From NCBI GenBank assembly GCA_965116905.1, contig OZ220732.1, positions 1,472,001 to 1,536,000 on the forward strand: a DNA stretch of 64,000 bases. Direction: 5' to 3'. The position numbers and the translations under genes were made by a program. The notes beneath the pieces were generated by a model that was not told the origin of the DNA, did not search any database, and worked only from the letters and a program-made list of their open reading frames with translations. Origin of the DNA: Longimicrobiales bacterium (GTDB taxonomy: Bacteria > Gemmatimonadota > Gemmatimonadetes > Longimicrobiales > Gaopeijiaceae). Numbering within the stretch: the stretch's first letter is position 1; each line of letters begins with the position of its first letter. Shown in pieces: positions 9,469-18,395 of this stretch.

Positions 9469-9917
9469 GGTATTGGGATGCGTCGGCGCTTGTCCCGCTG
9501 ATCGTCTCCGAGCCCCGGAGCCGGCTGGCTCGAACGTGGCTCCTGGAAGACGACCACATCGTCACCTGGGCCTGGACCAGGACGGAGATCACGAGCGCGA
9601 TCGAGAGGCGTGCGCGCGAAGGGGCGCTCACCCGGGCGCAGCGGCGGGCGGTCCTCGCCCGCCTTCGCACGTTCGCCGCCGGCTGGGACGAAGTGATCGA
9701 CGTGCTTTCCGTGCGCACCCGGGCGAACGCGGTGCTGGCGCGGCACCCGCTCCGGGCCGCCGATGCCGGCCAGCTTGGCGCGGCCCTGCTGGTGAGCGAG
9801 CAGCTCGCGGAGCCGCTGGTGTTCCTCTGCCTTGATCAGCGCCTCAGCGAGGCGGCCGAGCGCGAAGGCCTCGCTGTGGTCGACACTGCGATTGAGGGCG
9901 GGCGTCCTGGGGACTGA
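9465..9917 (+). CDS. vapC: VapC family PIN-domain toxin
   Basis: YWDASALVPL, TEITSA, LRAADAGQL, CLDQRL acidic PIN residues. Confidence 0.9.
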   Translation: MRYWDASALVPLIVSEPRSRLARTWLLEDDHIVTWAWTRTEITSAIERRAREGALTRAQRRAVLARLRTFAAGWDEVIDVLSVRTRANAVLARHPLRAADAGQLGAALLVSEQLAEPLVFLCLDQRLSEAAEREGLAVVDTAIEGGRPGD

Positions 9918-9923
9918 CCGCTG

Positions 9924-12900
9924 CTACCCCACCCGCCGCCCTGGCGTCCACGGCGCGCCCGCGGCCTCCATATCCGCCTCCAGTTCCGCCAGCGTCTCCT
10001 CCAGCAGCGTCCTCAGCGCGATCGACACCCGCGTGAAGCCGCCCCGCGCGATCTCGAGGCTTTCGCGCTGCGTTTGGGTGGGCGGTTGGCGCGTACCCCA
10101 GTGCCCCCCGGCGACCTGGCCGATGCGGCCCAGGATCGAGGGCGCGCTCGGCTCGTTGAGCGCGCCGCGGGCGGGGTCGCCCTGCAGCCGCGCCGCGATG
10201 CCGGCGAGCCGGTTCTCGATGGCATCCAGGCGCGTGTAGAGGTCGTCGCCGGCGGCGGGGGTCTCGTCCAGGGCGGCGCGCATGTGGCGGAGACGGTCGC
10301 GCGCGCGGCCGATCTCGGCGGCGGCGCCCCGTGCGCGGCGCTGCAGATCGGCGGTCTCCTCGGCGAAGGCCATCGCGGCCGTGAAGTCCGTCGCCGCGTC
10401 GATGTTGGGGACGGGCTTCACGGTGAACGGCTGCGGGTCGCCGACCCGCTCGACGCCGGTCTCGGTGATCAGTGCCATCTCGACCGTGTAGTCGCCCGGC
10501 GGTGCGAGCGGGCCGCGCGGGGTGCCCGCCCACGGCGGCGTGAAGCCCGGCGTCGCGAGGTTTACGGGGTCGGGGGCGGGGCGGCGCAGGTCCCAGGTGA
10601 TGCGGTGGAGGCCCTCGGTGGCGGGGCCCATGACGCGCCGTACGGGGGCCCCGTCCGCGTCCCGTACGACCATTGCCACGCGCGGGCCGCCCTCCAGGGC
10701 TTCGGCCCGCAATGCGTCGTAGCCGGGGAACGCGATGTCCTCGCCGCGTTCGGCCGCTGCCCGCTCGGCTTCGCGCCGCTCGGTGCGCGCGGTCCCGGGC
10801 GGGTCCGCCAGCCAGTAGGTGAAGGTGGCGCCGAAATCCGGGTTGGGCGTCACAAACGAGGTCGTGCCCAGGGTCGGCTGGCCCGGGGCCTGCAGCGGGG
10901 CGTTGGGGACGTACCACCAGGCGTCCCGCACGGGGAACAGAACGGCTCCCGCCGCAAGCGCACCGTCGGCCATATCCCTCAGGGGCGCGTAGTCGTCCAG
11001 GACGTAGAAGCCGCGGCCGAAGGTTGCTCCCACCAGATCATTGTCGCGGCGCTGGATCTCCAGGTCGCGGAACGAGATCGTGGGCGCGCCCGCGCCCAGC
11101 AGGATCCAGTTGGTGCCGCCGTTGGGCGTAAAGTAGATGCCGTTCTCGGCGCCAAGGAATAGCAGATCGGGACGCACGTGGTCCTGCTCGACCGACCAGA
11201 TGATGACGCCGTCGGGCAGGTCGCCGGCGATCGAGCGCCAGCTGCGGCCGGCGTCGTTGGTCTCGAAGAGATAGGGGGTGTAGTCGCCCTCCTTGTGGTT
11301 GTCCGGCGCAACGAAAAATGATGCGCGGTCGTGTTGGGACGCTTTGACGTCGTTCATGAACGCGCGCTCCGAGAGGCCCGGCACGGGGGCGGCCTGGCGC
11401 CAGTTCGCCCCTCCGTCCTCGGTCACCTGGACCAGCCCGTCGTCGGTGCCGGCGATGATGACGTCCTCGTCCAGTGGCGACTCGGAGATGGCCGAAATCG
11501 TTGAGTACCAAGACATTGCGGTGTTGCCCCAGAGCGCGTTCACGCTGCGGACGCGCCCGGCCACCGGCAGTTCGTAGCGGTTGTCGTCGCGGGTCAGGTC
11601 GCCGCTCACGGCCATCCAGGAGTTGCCGCGGTCGTCGCTCCGCCACACCCGCTGGGACGCGTAGTAGATCCGGCCCTCCGCGTGGGGGCTCGCAACAACG
11701 GGGCTGTCCCAGTTCCAGCGTTCGGGCGGGTCGCCGGGGGCCGGCAGCGGGCGGATGTTGATGAGTTCGTGGTTGTGCAGGTTGACCCGCTGGAGGTTGC
11801 CCTGCTGCGACTGGATATAAGCAATGGCTGGATCGGCCGGGTCGAAGGCCAGCGCGTACCCGTCGGCGCCCAGGGGGGCGTACCAGTCACGGTTGCGCAC
11901 GCCCTCCATGTTCATCGTGCGCGAGGGACCGTGCAGGGTGCCCAGGTCCTGCGCCCCGCCGAGGATGTTGTAGAAGGGCTCGGCGTTGTCGAGCGCGAGC
12001 TTGTAGAACTGCGAGATCGGCATGTTGGGGAAGTGCCGCCAGGTCGTGCCCTCGTCGAAGGTCTCATAGAGGCCCGCGTCGGTGCCGGCGAGCATGTGGC
12101 GGCCGTTTGCCGGATCGATCCACAGCGCGTGGTTGTCGCTGTGCTTCTCGCGGCCGGTCCCCAGCTCGGCGAAGGTGGCGCCGCCGTCGCGGGTGACGTG
12201 GATGAAGACGTCCATCTGGTAGACGAGGTCGGGGTCGTGCGGCGACGCCCCGATCTCCTGGTAGTAGTGCGGCCCGGTGCCGCCCGAGATGTAGGAATTG
12301 CGGCGCTCCCAGCTCTCGCCCCGGTCCGTGGAGCGGTAGAAGCCGCGGTCGCCGGGTCCGCCTTCGATGGTGGCGTAGACGATATTGCGGTCGGCGCCGG
12401 AAACGTCGATGCCGATCTTGCCCATGTCGCCATTGGGGAGTCCCGCGGTGACATTGCGCCACGTGCGGCCGCCGTCGGTGGACTTGTGGATGCCCGAGCC
12501 GGGGCCTCCCGCCAGCAGCGACCACACGGTGCGGCGGCGCTCGTAGGTGGCCGCGTACATGATGTCCGGGTCGACGGGATCGAACTCGACGTCGGTCACG
12601 CCCGTGTTCTCGTCGATCGTGAGCACGGCTTGCCAGCTCTCGCCGCCGTCCTCGGTCCGGTAGAGACCGCGCTCGCCGCCGGCCGACCAGAGCGGACCCT
12701 CGGCAGCCACGAATACGACATTCCCGTCGCGCGGGTCGACCAGGACCTTGCCGATGTGCTCGGACGCGGCCAGCCCGGCGTGCTCCCAGGTGCGTCCGCC
12801 GTCGCGGCTCCTGTAGACGCCGTCGCCCCACGCCACGTGCCGCCCGCTGACGTTCTCGCCGGTGCCGGCCCAGACAATGTCCGGATCGGACGGATCGATC

Positions 12901-13262
12901 GCGACCGCACCGATCGAATACGACGGCTGATCGTCGAAGACCGGCGTCCACGTGATGCCTGAGTTCGTGGTCTTCCAGACGCCGCCAGAGCCGACCGCGA
13001 TGTACCAGGTGGTGGGGTCGCCGGGGTGGACAGCGATGTCCGCGATGCGCCCGCCCATCAGCGCCGGACCGATGCTCCGAAGCGCGAGCCCCCGGGTGGC
13101 CTGGGTGACGAGGGCGATATCGGGCTGGGCGGCCTGCGTGGCCTGGGGCGCGGCGCCTTGCGGGGTGGCGGCGAGCGCCGCGAGCGCGGCGGCGGGGATG
13201 AGGGCGGCGAGGGTCGCGCGGGCGAGGTGGTCGAGCATGGGTCGCGTCGTGGTGCGGGACAT
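9924..13262 (-). CDS. Exported BNR/Asp-box (sortilin/VPS10-like) beta-propeller protein, glycosyl hydrolase-like
   Basis: LRSIGPALMGGRIADI, many SxDGGxTW Asp boxes, GGAQDLGT, ATFGRGFYVLDD, C-terminal helical region. Start is estimated. Confidence 0.9.
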   Translation of the reverse strand: MSRTTTRPMLDHLARATLAALIPAAALAALAATPQGAAPQATQAAQPDIALVTQATRGLALRSIGPALMGGRIADIAVHPGDPTTWYIAVGSGGVWKTTNSGITWTPVFDDQPSYSIGAVAIDPSDPDIVWAGTGENVSGRHVAWGDGVYRSRDGGRTWEHAGLAASEHIGKVLVDPRDGNVVFVAAEGPLWSAGGERGLYRTEDGGESWQAVLTIDENTGVTDVEFDPVDPDIMYAATYERRRTVWSLLAGGPGSGIHKSTDGGRTWRNVTAGLPNGDMGKIGIDVSGADRNIVYATIEGGPGDRGFYRSTDRGESWERRNSYISGGTGPHYYQEIGASPHDPDLVYQMDVFIHVTRDGGATFAELGTGREKHSDNHALWIDPANGRHMLAGTDAGLYETFDEGTTWRHFPNMPISQFYKLALDNAEPFYNILGGAQDLGTLHGPSRTMNMEGVRNRDWYAPLGADGYALAFDPADPAIAYIQSQQGNLQRVNLHNHELINIRPLPAPGDPPERWNWDSPVVASPHAEGRIYYASQRVWRSDDRGNSWMAVSGDLTRDDNRYELPVAGRVRSVNALWGNTAMSWYSTISAISESPLDEDVIIAGTDDGLVQVTEDGGANWRQAAPVPGLSERAFMNDVKASQHDRASFFVAPDNHKEGDYTPYLFETNDAGRSWRSIAGDLPDGVIIWSVEQDHVRPDLLFLGAENGIYFTPNGGTNWILLGAGAPTISFRDLEIQRRDNDLVGATFGRGFYVLDDYAPLRDMADGALAAGAVLFPVRDAWWYVPNAPLQAPGQPTLGTTSFVTPNPDFGATFTYWLADPPGTARTERREAERAAAERGEDIAFPGYDALRAEALEGGPRVAMVVRDADGAPVRRVMGPATEGLHRITWDLRRPAPDPVNLATPGFTPPWAGTPRGPLAPPGDYTVEMALITETGVERVGDPQPFTVKPVPNIDAATDFTAAMAFAEETADLQRRARGAAAEIGRARDRLRHMRAALDETPAAGDDLYTRLDAIENRLAGIAARLQGDPARGALNEPSAPSILGRIGQVAGGHWGTRQPPTQTQRESLEIARGGFTRVSIALRTLLEETLAELEADMEAAGAPWTPGRRVG

Positions 13263-13480
13263 GGGTGCGGCCTGGTTTGCAGGGTGGGATGCGGCGGTGG
13301 GGCGGAGCGCCCTGGTGGGATGGAAATGGACCGCGCGGGGATGGTAGCCGCAAGGAGGTGACGGCTCGCCGCGCACCGGCGGTGACCGGCCTCATTGACC
13401 CGGAGGGGAGGCGACCGGCATCATAGGCGCGCTTCGTCGAGCCAGGACCCACATCAGTGCCTGCGGAGGATCCTCTGAGA

Positions 13481-13881
13481 GTGGCAGCCAAGCGGATCAT
13501 CATCATCGCCGGCCCGAACGGCGCCGGAAAGACGACTTTTTGTCCGAGATCAACCGCCACGCTCGCGCGGGGCGCAGCTTTGCGTTCGAAACGACGCTTT
13601 CGGGCCGCAGATACGTAAAGAGGATCAGGAGCTGGCGAGCCGAGGGGTATCGCGTGACCCTTCTTTTCCTGTCTCTTCCTACGCCGGAGGACGCGATCGC
13701 ACGCGTACGAGAGCGGGTTGAGAAGGGTGGACACGATGTGCCCGAGGTAGTAATTCGACGGCGGTTTGCCTCGGGATGGAGTAACTTCAGTCGGATCTAC
13801 CGCAAAGAGGTTGACCAGTGGTCCTGGTACGACAACAGCGGTCGGGAGCCTGTCCTTATTGAAAGCGGGAGCGAGGTGTAG
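13481..13881 (+). pseudogene. Zeta-toxin-like P-loop ATPase with internal deletion and frameshift
   Basis: GTG 13481 gives MAAKRIIIIAGPNGAGKTTF (Walker A); the frame then changes at 13538-13542 to LSEINRHARAGRSFAFETTLSG...RVEKGGHDVPEVVIRRRF...YDNSG. The intervening NADxIA segment expected in this family is absent. Confidence 0.8.
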
Positions 13882-13884
13882 CAG

Positions 13885-14088
13885 ATGGTGACAGATGCCA
13901 GGGATCGGCCCGGCGGTCAGCTTGATTCCGCTGGAGTAATGGCCGCCCTTCGCCGCGCCGCCAGACGTGCTCACGAGTCCGCCCGGGCGCACGGCACCAA
14001 GGTGGTCGTGCATGTGGACGGCAAGACGGTGGAGATCGAGCCCGACCCTGAGATGTTCGACGACGCGGCTTCGTTGGAGAACTCTTAG
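13885..14088 (+). CDS. Small hypothetical protein, usual downstream partner of zeta-like ATPase genes
   Basis: AALRRAARRAHESARAHGTKVVVHVDGKTVEI pattern; starts 3 bp after the ATPase stop. Confidence 0.7.
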   Translation: MVTDARDRPGGQLDSAGVMAALRRAARRAHESARAHGTKVVVHVDGKTVEIEPDPEMFDDAASLENS

Positions 14089-14163
14089 GAAGAGACTACG
14101 TGCTCCCGTGCCTCGGGCCCGGGCGGATTGCCGCGCGGTCCGGCGTCATTCTAGGTTGCGGCC

Positions 14164-15378
14164 ATGACCGACGCCAGCAACGAGCCCACCGCCGAAGCCA
14201 CGTCCGGCGCCAGCGCCGCCAGTGCCCTGTGCGAGAACTGCGGACGCCCGCGCGCGGAGCGCTTCTGCTCGCAGTGCGGCCAGAACGATCGCACCTACTC
14301 GCGGTCCCTCTTCCCCGTGCTGGGCGAGCTGGTGCGCGAGTCCTTCGAGTTCGACGGTCGGCTCGCGCAGACGCTCAAGCTCCTGCTCTTCAAGCCCGGC
14401 AGCCTGTCGACCGAGTTCTCCCGCAACCGGCGCGCACGCTACATGACGCCGGTGCGGCTCTACCTCTTCACCAGCGTGATCTTCTTCCTCACGATGTCGC
14501 TGGTAACGCCGAGGCTTCCCAACCCGCTCGAAGGGGAGCCGGATCAGGATCCATCTTCAGCCTTCGCGGAGATACCGGGGGAGGTGATGGACTCCCTGCA
14601 GGCCGCGATGGATTCCCTGCAGGCCGTGATTCCCGGAATAGAGCTGCAGATCGACGGCGAGGACATTCCGGTGTCGGCGGAGATCAGCGAATCCGGGATA
14701 GCGGCGCTCAAGGCGAACCTGGAGCCTTCCCAGCACGCCAAGCTGGACGATCTGCTCAAACGCGAGTCGGCGAGGGTCACGCAGGCCTTCCTCGCTATCG
14801 CGGCCGCGGCCTTCGATACCGAAGTCCAGGAGCCGTCGGTGGGCGGACGGCAAGCGGATCCAGGGCCGGAGGAGTACGCTGCGCCGGACGCCGGCGACCC
14901 GCCCGCTCGCGATGCAGTCGTGCTGCCGACATCCCGCGGCTTCCTGGCGAGGATGGTCCTGAGCAGCTTCGTCGACCTGTTCCACGACCCCGACGCGTTC
15001 ACCGAGCGCATCATCGGCAACCTGTCGATTGCCATGTTCTTCCTGCTGCCCTTCTACGCGTTGGTGCTCGCCGTACTCTACTGGCGCCAGAAGCGGTACT
15101 ACATCGAGCACCTCGTCTTCGGCATGCATGTCCATTCGTTCCTGTTCATGATCGTCACCCTGATGCTGATCGTGTCGATCACACCCATGGGCGCGGCCGG
15201 GCAGGGGTGGACCCAGGGAATCCTCGGGCTGGCGGTTGTGGCCTATCCGGTCATCGCCCTGCGCCGCTTCTACGGGAACGGCTGGTTCTTCACGCTCATC
15301 AAGGCGTTCGTGCTGGCTAGCCTGTACTCCATGATCGTAAGTCCCGTGACTGCGGTCGTCCTGTTCCTGACCGCCTGA
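14164..15378 (+). CDS. DUF3667 domain membrane protein
   Basis: N-terminal CENCG...FCSQCGQ zinc ribbon, TLKLLLFKPG, RYMTPVRLYL, YYIEHLVFGMH and C-terminal TM helices. Confidence 0.88.
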   Translation: MTDASNEPTAEATSGASAASALCENCGRPRAERFCSQCGQNDRTYSRSLFPVLGELVRESFEFDGRLAQTLKLLLFKPGSLSTEFSRNRRARYMTPVRLYLFTSVIFFLTMSLVTPRLPNPLEGEPDQDPSSAFAEIPGEVMDSLQAAMDSLQAVIPGIELQIDGEDIPVSAEISESGIAALKANLEPSQHAKLDDLLKRESARVTQAFLAIAAAAFDTEVQEPSVGGRQADPGPEEYAAPDAGDPPARDAVVLPTSRGFLARMVLSSFVDLFHDPDAFTERIIGNLSIAMFFLLPFYALVLAVLYWRQKRYYIEHLVFGMHVHSFLFMIVTLMLIVSITPMGAAGQGWTQGILGLAVVAYPVIALRRFYGNGWFFTLIKAFVLASLYSMIVSPVTAVVLFLTA

Positions 15379-15381
15379 CCC

Positions 15382-17256
15382 ATGCTTCGCCGCCCGGCTC
15401 TCGTCGTCCTTTTCGCGATGGCCTCTGCGTGCGGGCCCCCGAGGTCCGCCAGCGACACCGACTTCGAGGTCGCCGAGGCCACGATTCCCGAGTTGCAGGG
15501 TGCGATGGCTGCGGGCCAGGTCACCTCGGTGCAGTTGGTCGATTCCTACCTGGCCCGCATCGCGGCCTACGACCGCGCAGGTCCTGCCCTCAACACGATC
15601 GTCCGCCTCAATCCGCTGGCGCGAGAGCAGGCGGTGGCCCTGGACGCGGAGCGGGCTGCGGGTACGGTGCGCGGGCCCATGCACGGCATCCCTGTCCTCA
15701 TGAAGGACAACTACGACATGGACTGGATGCCGACGACGGGGTCGAGCCTGGCGTTGGCCGGCCTTCGACCGGCCGACAACGCGTTTCAGGTGAAACGTCT
15801 TCTCGAGGCGGGCGCCGTGATCCTGGGCAAGACGAACCTGCACGAACTCGCGGCGGGGATCACCACGATCAGCTCACTGGGCGGACAGACGCGCAACCCC
15901 TACGATCCCGCGCGGAACCCTGGCGGCAGTTCCGGGGGGACCGGCGCGGCGGTCGCCGCCAGCTTCGCGGCCGTAGCCTGGGGCAGCGACACCTGCGGTT
16001 CGATCCGGATCCCCGCTTCCGTGCACAACCTGTTCGGGCTGCGGCCGACCAAGGGCTTGTCGAGCATCGACGGGATTCTGCCGCTCTCGCATTCGCAGGA
16101 CACGGGTGGGCCGCTGGCGCGCACGGTGACCGATCTGGCCATTGCGCTGGACGCCACGGTGGGACCGGATCCGGCCGATCCGGCCACCGCGATTCTGGAG
16201 GGCCGCGAAACGCCGAACTTCCAGGCGGCGCTCGACCCGGCCGCCCTCGACGGTGCCCGCATCGGCGTGCTGGAGGCGTGGGTGCCGGAGGAGGGAAGCG
16301 CGGGAACGGTGACGCGGGTGATTCGCGACGCGCTCGCGGAAATGGAGGCCCTCGGCGCAACGGTCGTGGACGTCGAGATCCCCGACATGGACGACCTGCT
16401 CTCCAACACGGGCCTCATCGACTTCGAGTTCAAGTTCGACCTGATGGACTACCTGGCCGGCGTCCCCGACGCGCCCATCTCGTCGCTGGAAGAGATCCTG
16501 GAGGCCGGCCTCCATCACGAGGCGCTGGACGGCAACTTCCGCCGCCGCAACGAACGCACCACACGCGAGTCCCCCGAACTCTACGAAACCCTGGAACGGC
16601 GGCGCGCGCTTACTGCGGCGGTCGTCGACCTCCTCACCCGGCACGATCTCGACGCGCTCGCCTACCCGACCATGCGGCAGGAGACCGCGCTGATCGGCGC
16701 GGCACCCGCTGGCGCGACCTGCTTCCTGAGCGCACACACGGGCCTGCCCGCGCTCACCATCCCGGCCGGCTTCACCGAGCGCGGCCTCCCGGTGGGCCTG
16801 GAACTGCTGGGCCGCTCGCTCGACGACGCCCGCCTGGTCGCGTTCGCGTTCGCCTACGAGGCCGCGCATCCCAGGCGGCGCGCTCCACTGCGCACACCCC
16901 CGCTCGCCAACGGCGCGGCCCCGTTCCCGGTGCAGCTCGCGACCGATCCCCCCGGCGGCAACGGTGTCGATGCCATCATGGCCGTCGATCTGCCCACAGG
17001 CACGCTGTCCTACCGCATCACCATCTCCGCCGTCGATCCCGCCGATGTCTACGGCACGGTGCTTCGCCGCACCTCCGGCGAGGACGGCCCCGTCGTGGTC
17101 CTGCGCCTCGGCGGTCCCGAAGAACCGGAGCCCTCCGGGATGGTGGAACTGTCCACCCGACTCCTGCACGACATCATGAACGGCGAGCTCGAGCTGCTCG
17201 TCCACACAAGCCGCGGTTTCGACCACCGCGGCCTCGCCCGCCGGGCCGGACGCTGA
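15382..17256 (+). CDS. Amidase signature family lipoprotein with C-terminal CHRD-like domain
   Basis: Lipobox ASAC; GPMHGIPVLMKDN, GGSSGG, GSDTCGSIR (Lys-Ser-Ser triad); extra C-terminal domain of about 100 aa. Confidence 0.9.
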   Translation: MLRRPALVVLFAMASACGPPRSASDTDFEVAEATIPELQGAMAAGQVTSVQLVDSYLARIAAYDRAGPALNTIVRLNPLAREQAVALDAERAAGTVRGPMHGIPVLMKDNYDMDWMPTTGSSLALAGLRPADNAFQVKRLLEAGAVILGKTNLHELAAGITTISSLGGQTRNPYDPARNPGGSSGGTGAAVAASFAAVAWGSDTCGSIRIPASVHNLFGLRPTKGLSSIDGILPLSHSQDTGGPLARTVTDLAIALDATVGPDPADPATAILEGRETPNFQAALDPAALDGARIGVLEAWVPEEGSAGTVTRVIRDALAEMEALGATVVDVEIPDMDDLLSNTGLIDFEFKFDLMDYLAGVPDAPISSLEEILEAGLHHEALDGNFRRRNERTTRESPELYETLERRRALTAAVVDLLTRHDLDALAYPTMRQETALIGAAPAGATCFLSAHTGLPALTIPAGFTERGLPVGLELLGRSLDDARLVAFAFAYEAAHPRRRAPLRTPPLANGAAPFPVQLATDPPGGNGVDAIMAVDLPTGTLSYRITISAVDPADVYGTVLRRTSGEDGPVVVLRLGGPEEPEPSGMVELSTRLLHDIMNGELELLVHTSRGFDHRGLARRAGR

Positions 17257-17286
17257 GCGCTGCGCCTGATTGCTACGCCCTGACTG

Positions 17287-18267
17287 CTACGTCCAGACCG
17301 TTACTCCCTCCGGGCCCTCCCGAAGGAAGCCCTTGAGGGAGTCCGGAAGAGACTTCGGGCTCGAGAACCCCCCGCCGGTCTCGATATCGACGGCTATCGA
17401 GCCGATCAGGTTCCGGATGGCCTTCTCCGAACGGCGCAACGCGTAACGAAAAACACGGCGCCACCCCAGCATCGCCAGCCCCCCGACCGCGGCTCCGCCG
17501 ACAAGGAAGCCCGCCACCGCCGTACCCGCTGCGAGGCCTCCGATACCGAGGGCGGTGCCCACGGCCCCGCCCACGAACCCGCTACCGACGCCGCTGAACA
17601 ACCCGACCACCCCCGAAATCCCGCCCCCGACCCACATGCTGAGCTTCTGGCTGCGGACCAGGCTGGCCTGAACGGTCAACTCGGTCGCGGGTGGATCGGT
17701 GTCCAGGCGGCGGAGGCTGAAGAGCAGTTGCTTCAGGTCCGCCCACGCCATCTCGTACGCGAACGACTGATCCGCCTGGGAAGACGTGTACGAGTAGGCG
17801 GGAACGTTGAAGGCCAGCACGCCTCCGTCGAGGGGATCGGCTCCGTAGTGATCGGTGAGACTCAGGCGAAACGGACGTCCGGGCAGGATCCGTTGCATGG
17901 CGGCGTAGACGTCCTCTGCCGGAGCCTGGATCACCCGGGAAACCTCCAGCGTCAGCGGCGGCCGACCCAGGAAACGCGCCGCCATCGCCGATGGCTGGGC
18001 CTGGGCTCCCTCGGCCAGATCCCGGTTGCGAGATTCCGCCAGCGCATGATCGACGAACTCGAGCGAGATTCCGGCTTCCTCGGCGGCCGCCCGCACATCC
18101 GCCAGGCGGTACCCTTCGGCTTCCTCCTTGTCGGCGGACTGCCCCCGCGGAGCCAGCTGTCTCGAACGTTCTTCGAGGCGACGAGCGGCCTCGGCCTGCA
18201 GCTCGGCCGCGCGGCGCCAGAGTGTGCGTGCCTTCTCTTCGGAGATGCGGGTCTCGTCCTGACTCAT
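17287..18267 (-). CDS. Hypothetical membrane protein
   Basis: Coding-like ORF from MSQDETRISEEKARTLWRRAAELQ with a Gly-rich hydrophobic hairpin near the C-terminus. Confidence 0.7.
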   Translation of the reverse strand: MSQDETRISEEKARTLWRRAAELQAEAARRLEERSRQLAPRGQSADKEEAEGYRLADVRAAAEEAGISLEFVDHALAESRNRDLAEGAQAQPSAMAARFLGRPPLTLEVSRVIQAPAEDVYAAMQRILPGRPFRLSLTDHYGADPLDGGVLAFNVPAYSYTSSQADQSFAYEMAWADLKQLLFSLRRLDTDPPATELTVQASLVRSQKLSMWVGGGISGVVGLFSGVGSGFVGGAVGTALGIGGLAAGTAVAGFLVGGAAVGGLAMLGWRRVFRYALRRSEKAIRNLIGSIAVDIETGGGFSSPKSLPDSLKGFLREGPEGVTVWT

Positions 18268-18395
18268 GGAAACCAAGTTGCCCAGACGACTCGTCGCGCG
18301 CCACGTTTGCAGCGTGAGCCCCAAGGGCGGCCCATCGCCCCAGGGGGACCCACCGCCTCACGGGCGACCCACCGCCCCAGCCGGAGAAGCCACAA

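Noticed and set aside
13537..13542. Programmed -1 frameshift in the zeta-like gene
   Set aside because: No canonical slippery heptamer, and the joined product would still lack a conserved internal segment.
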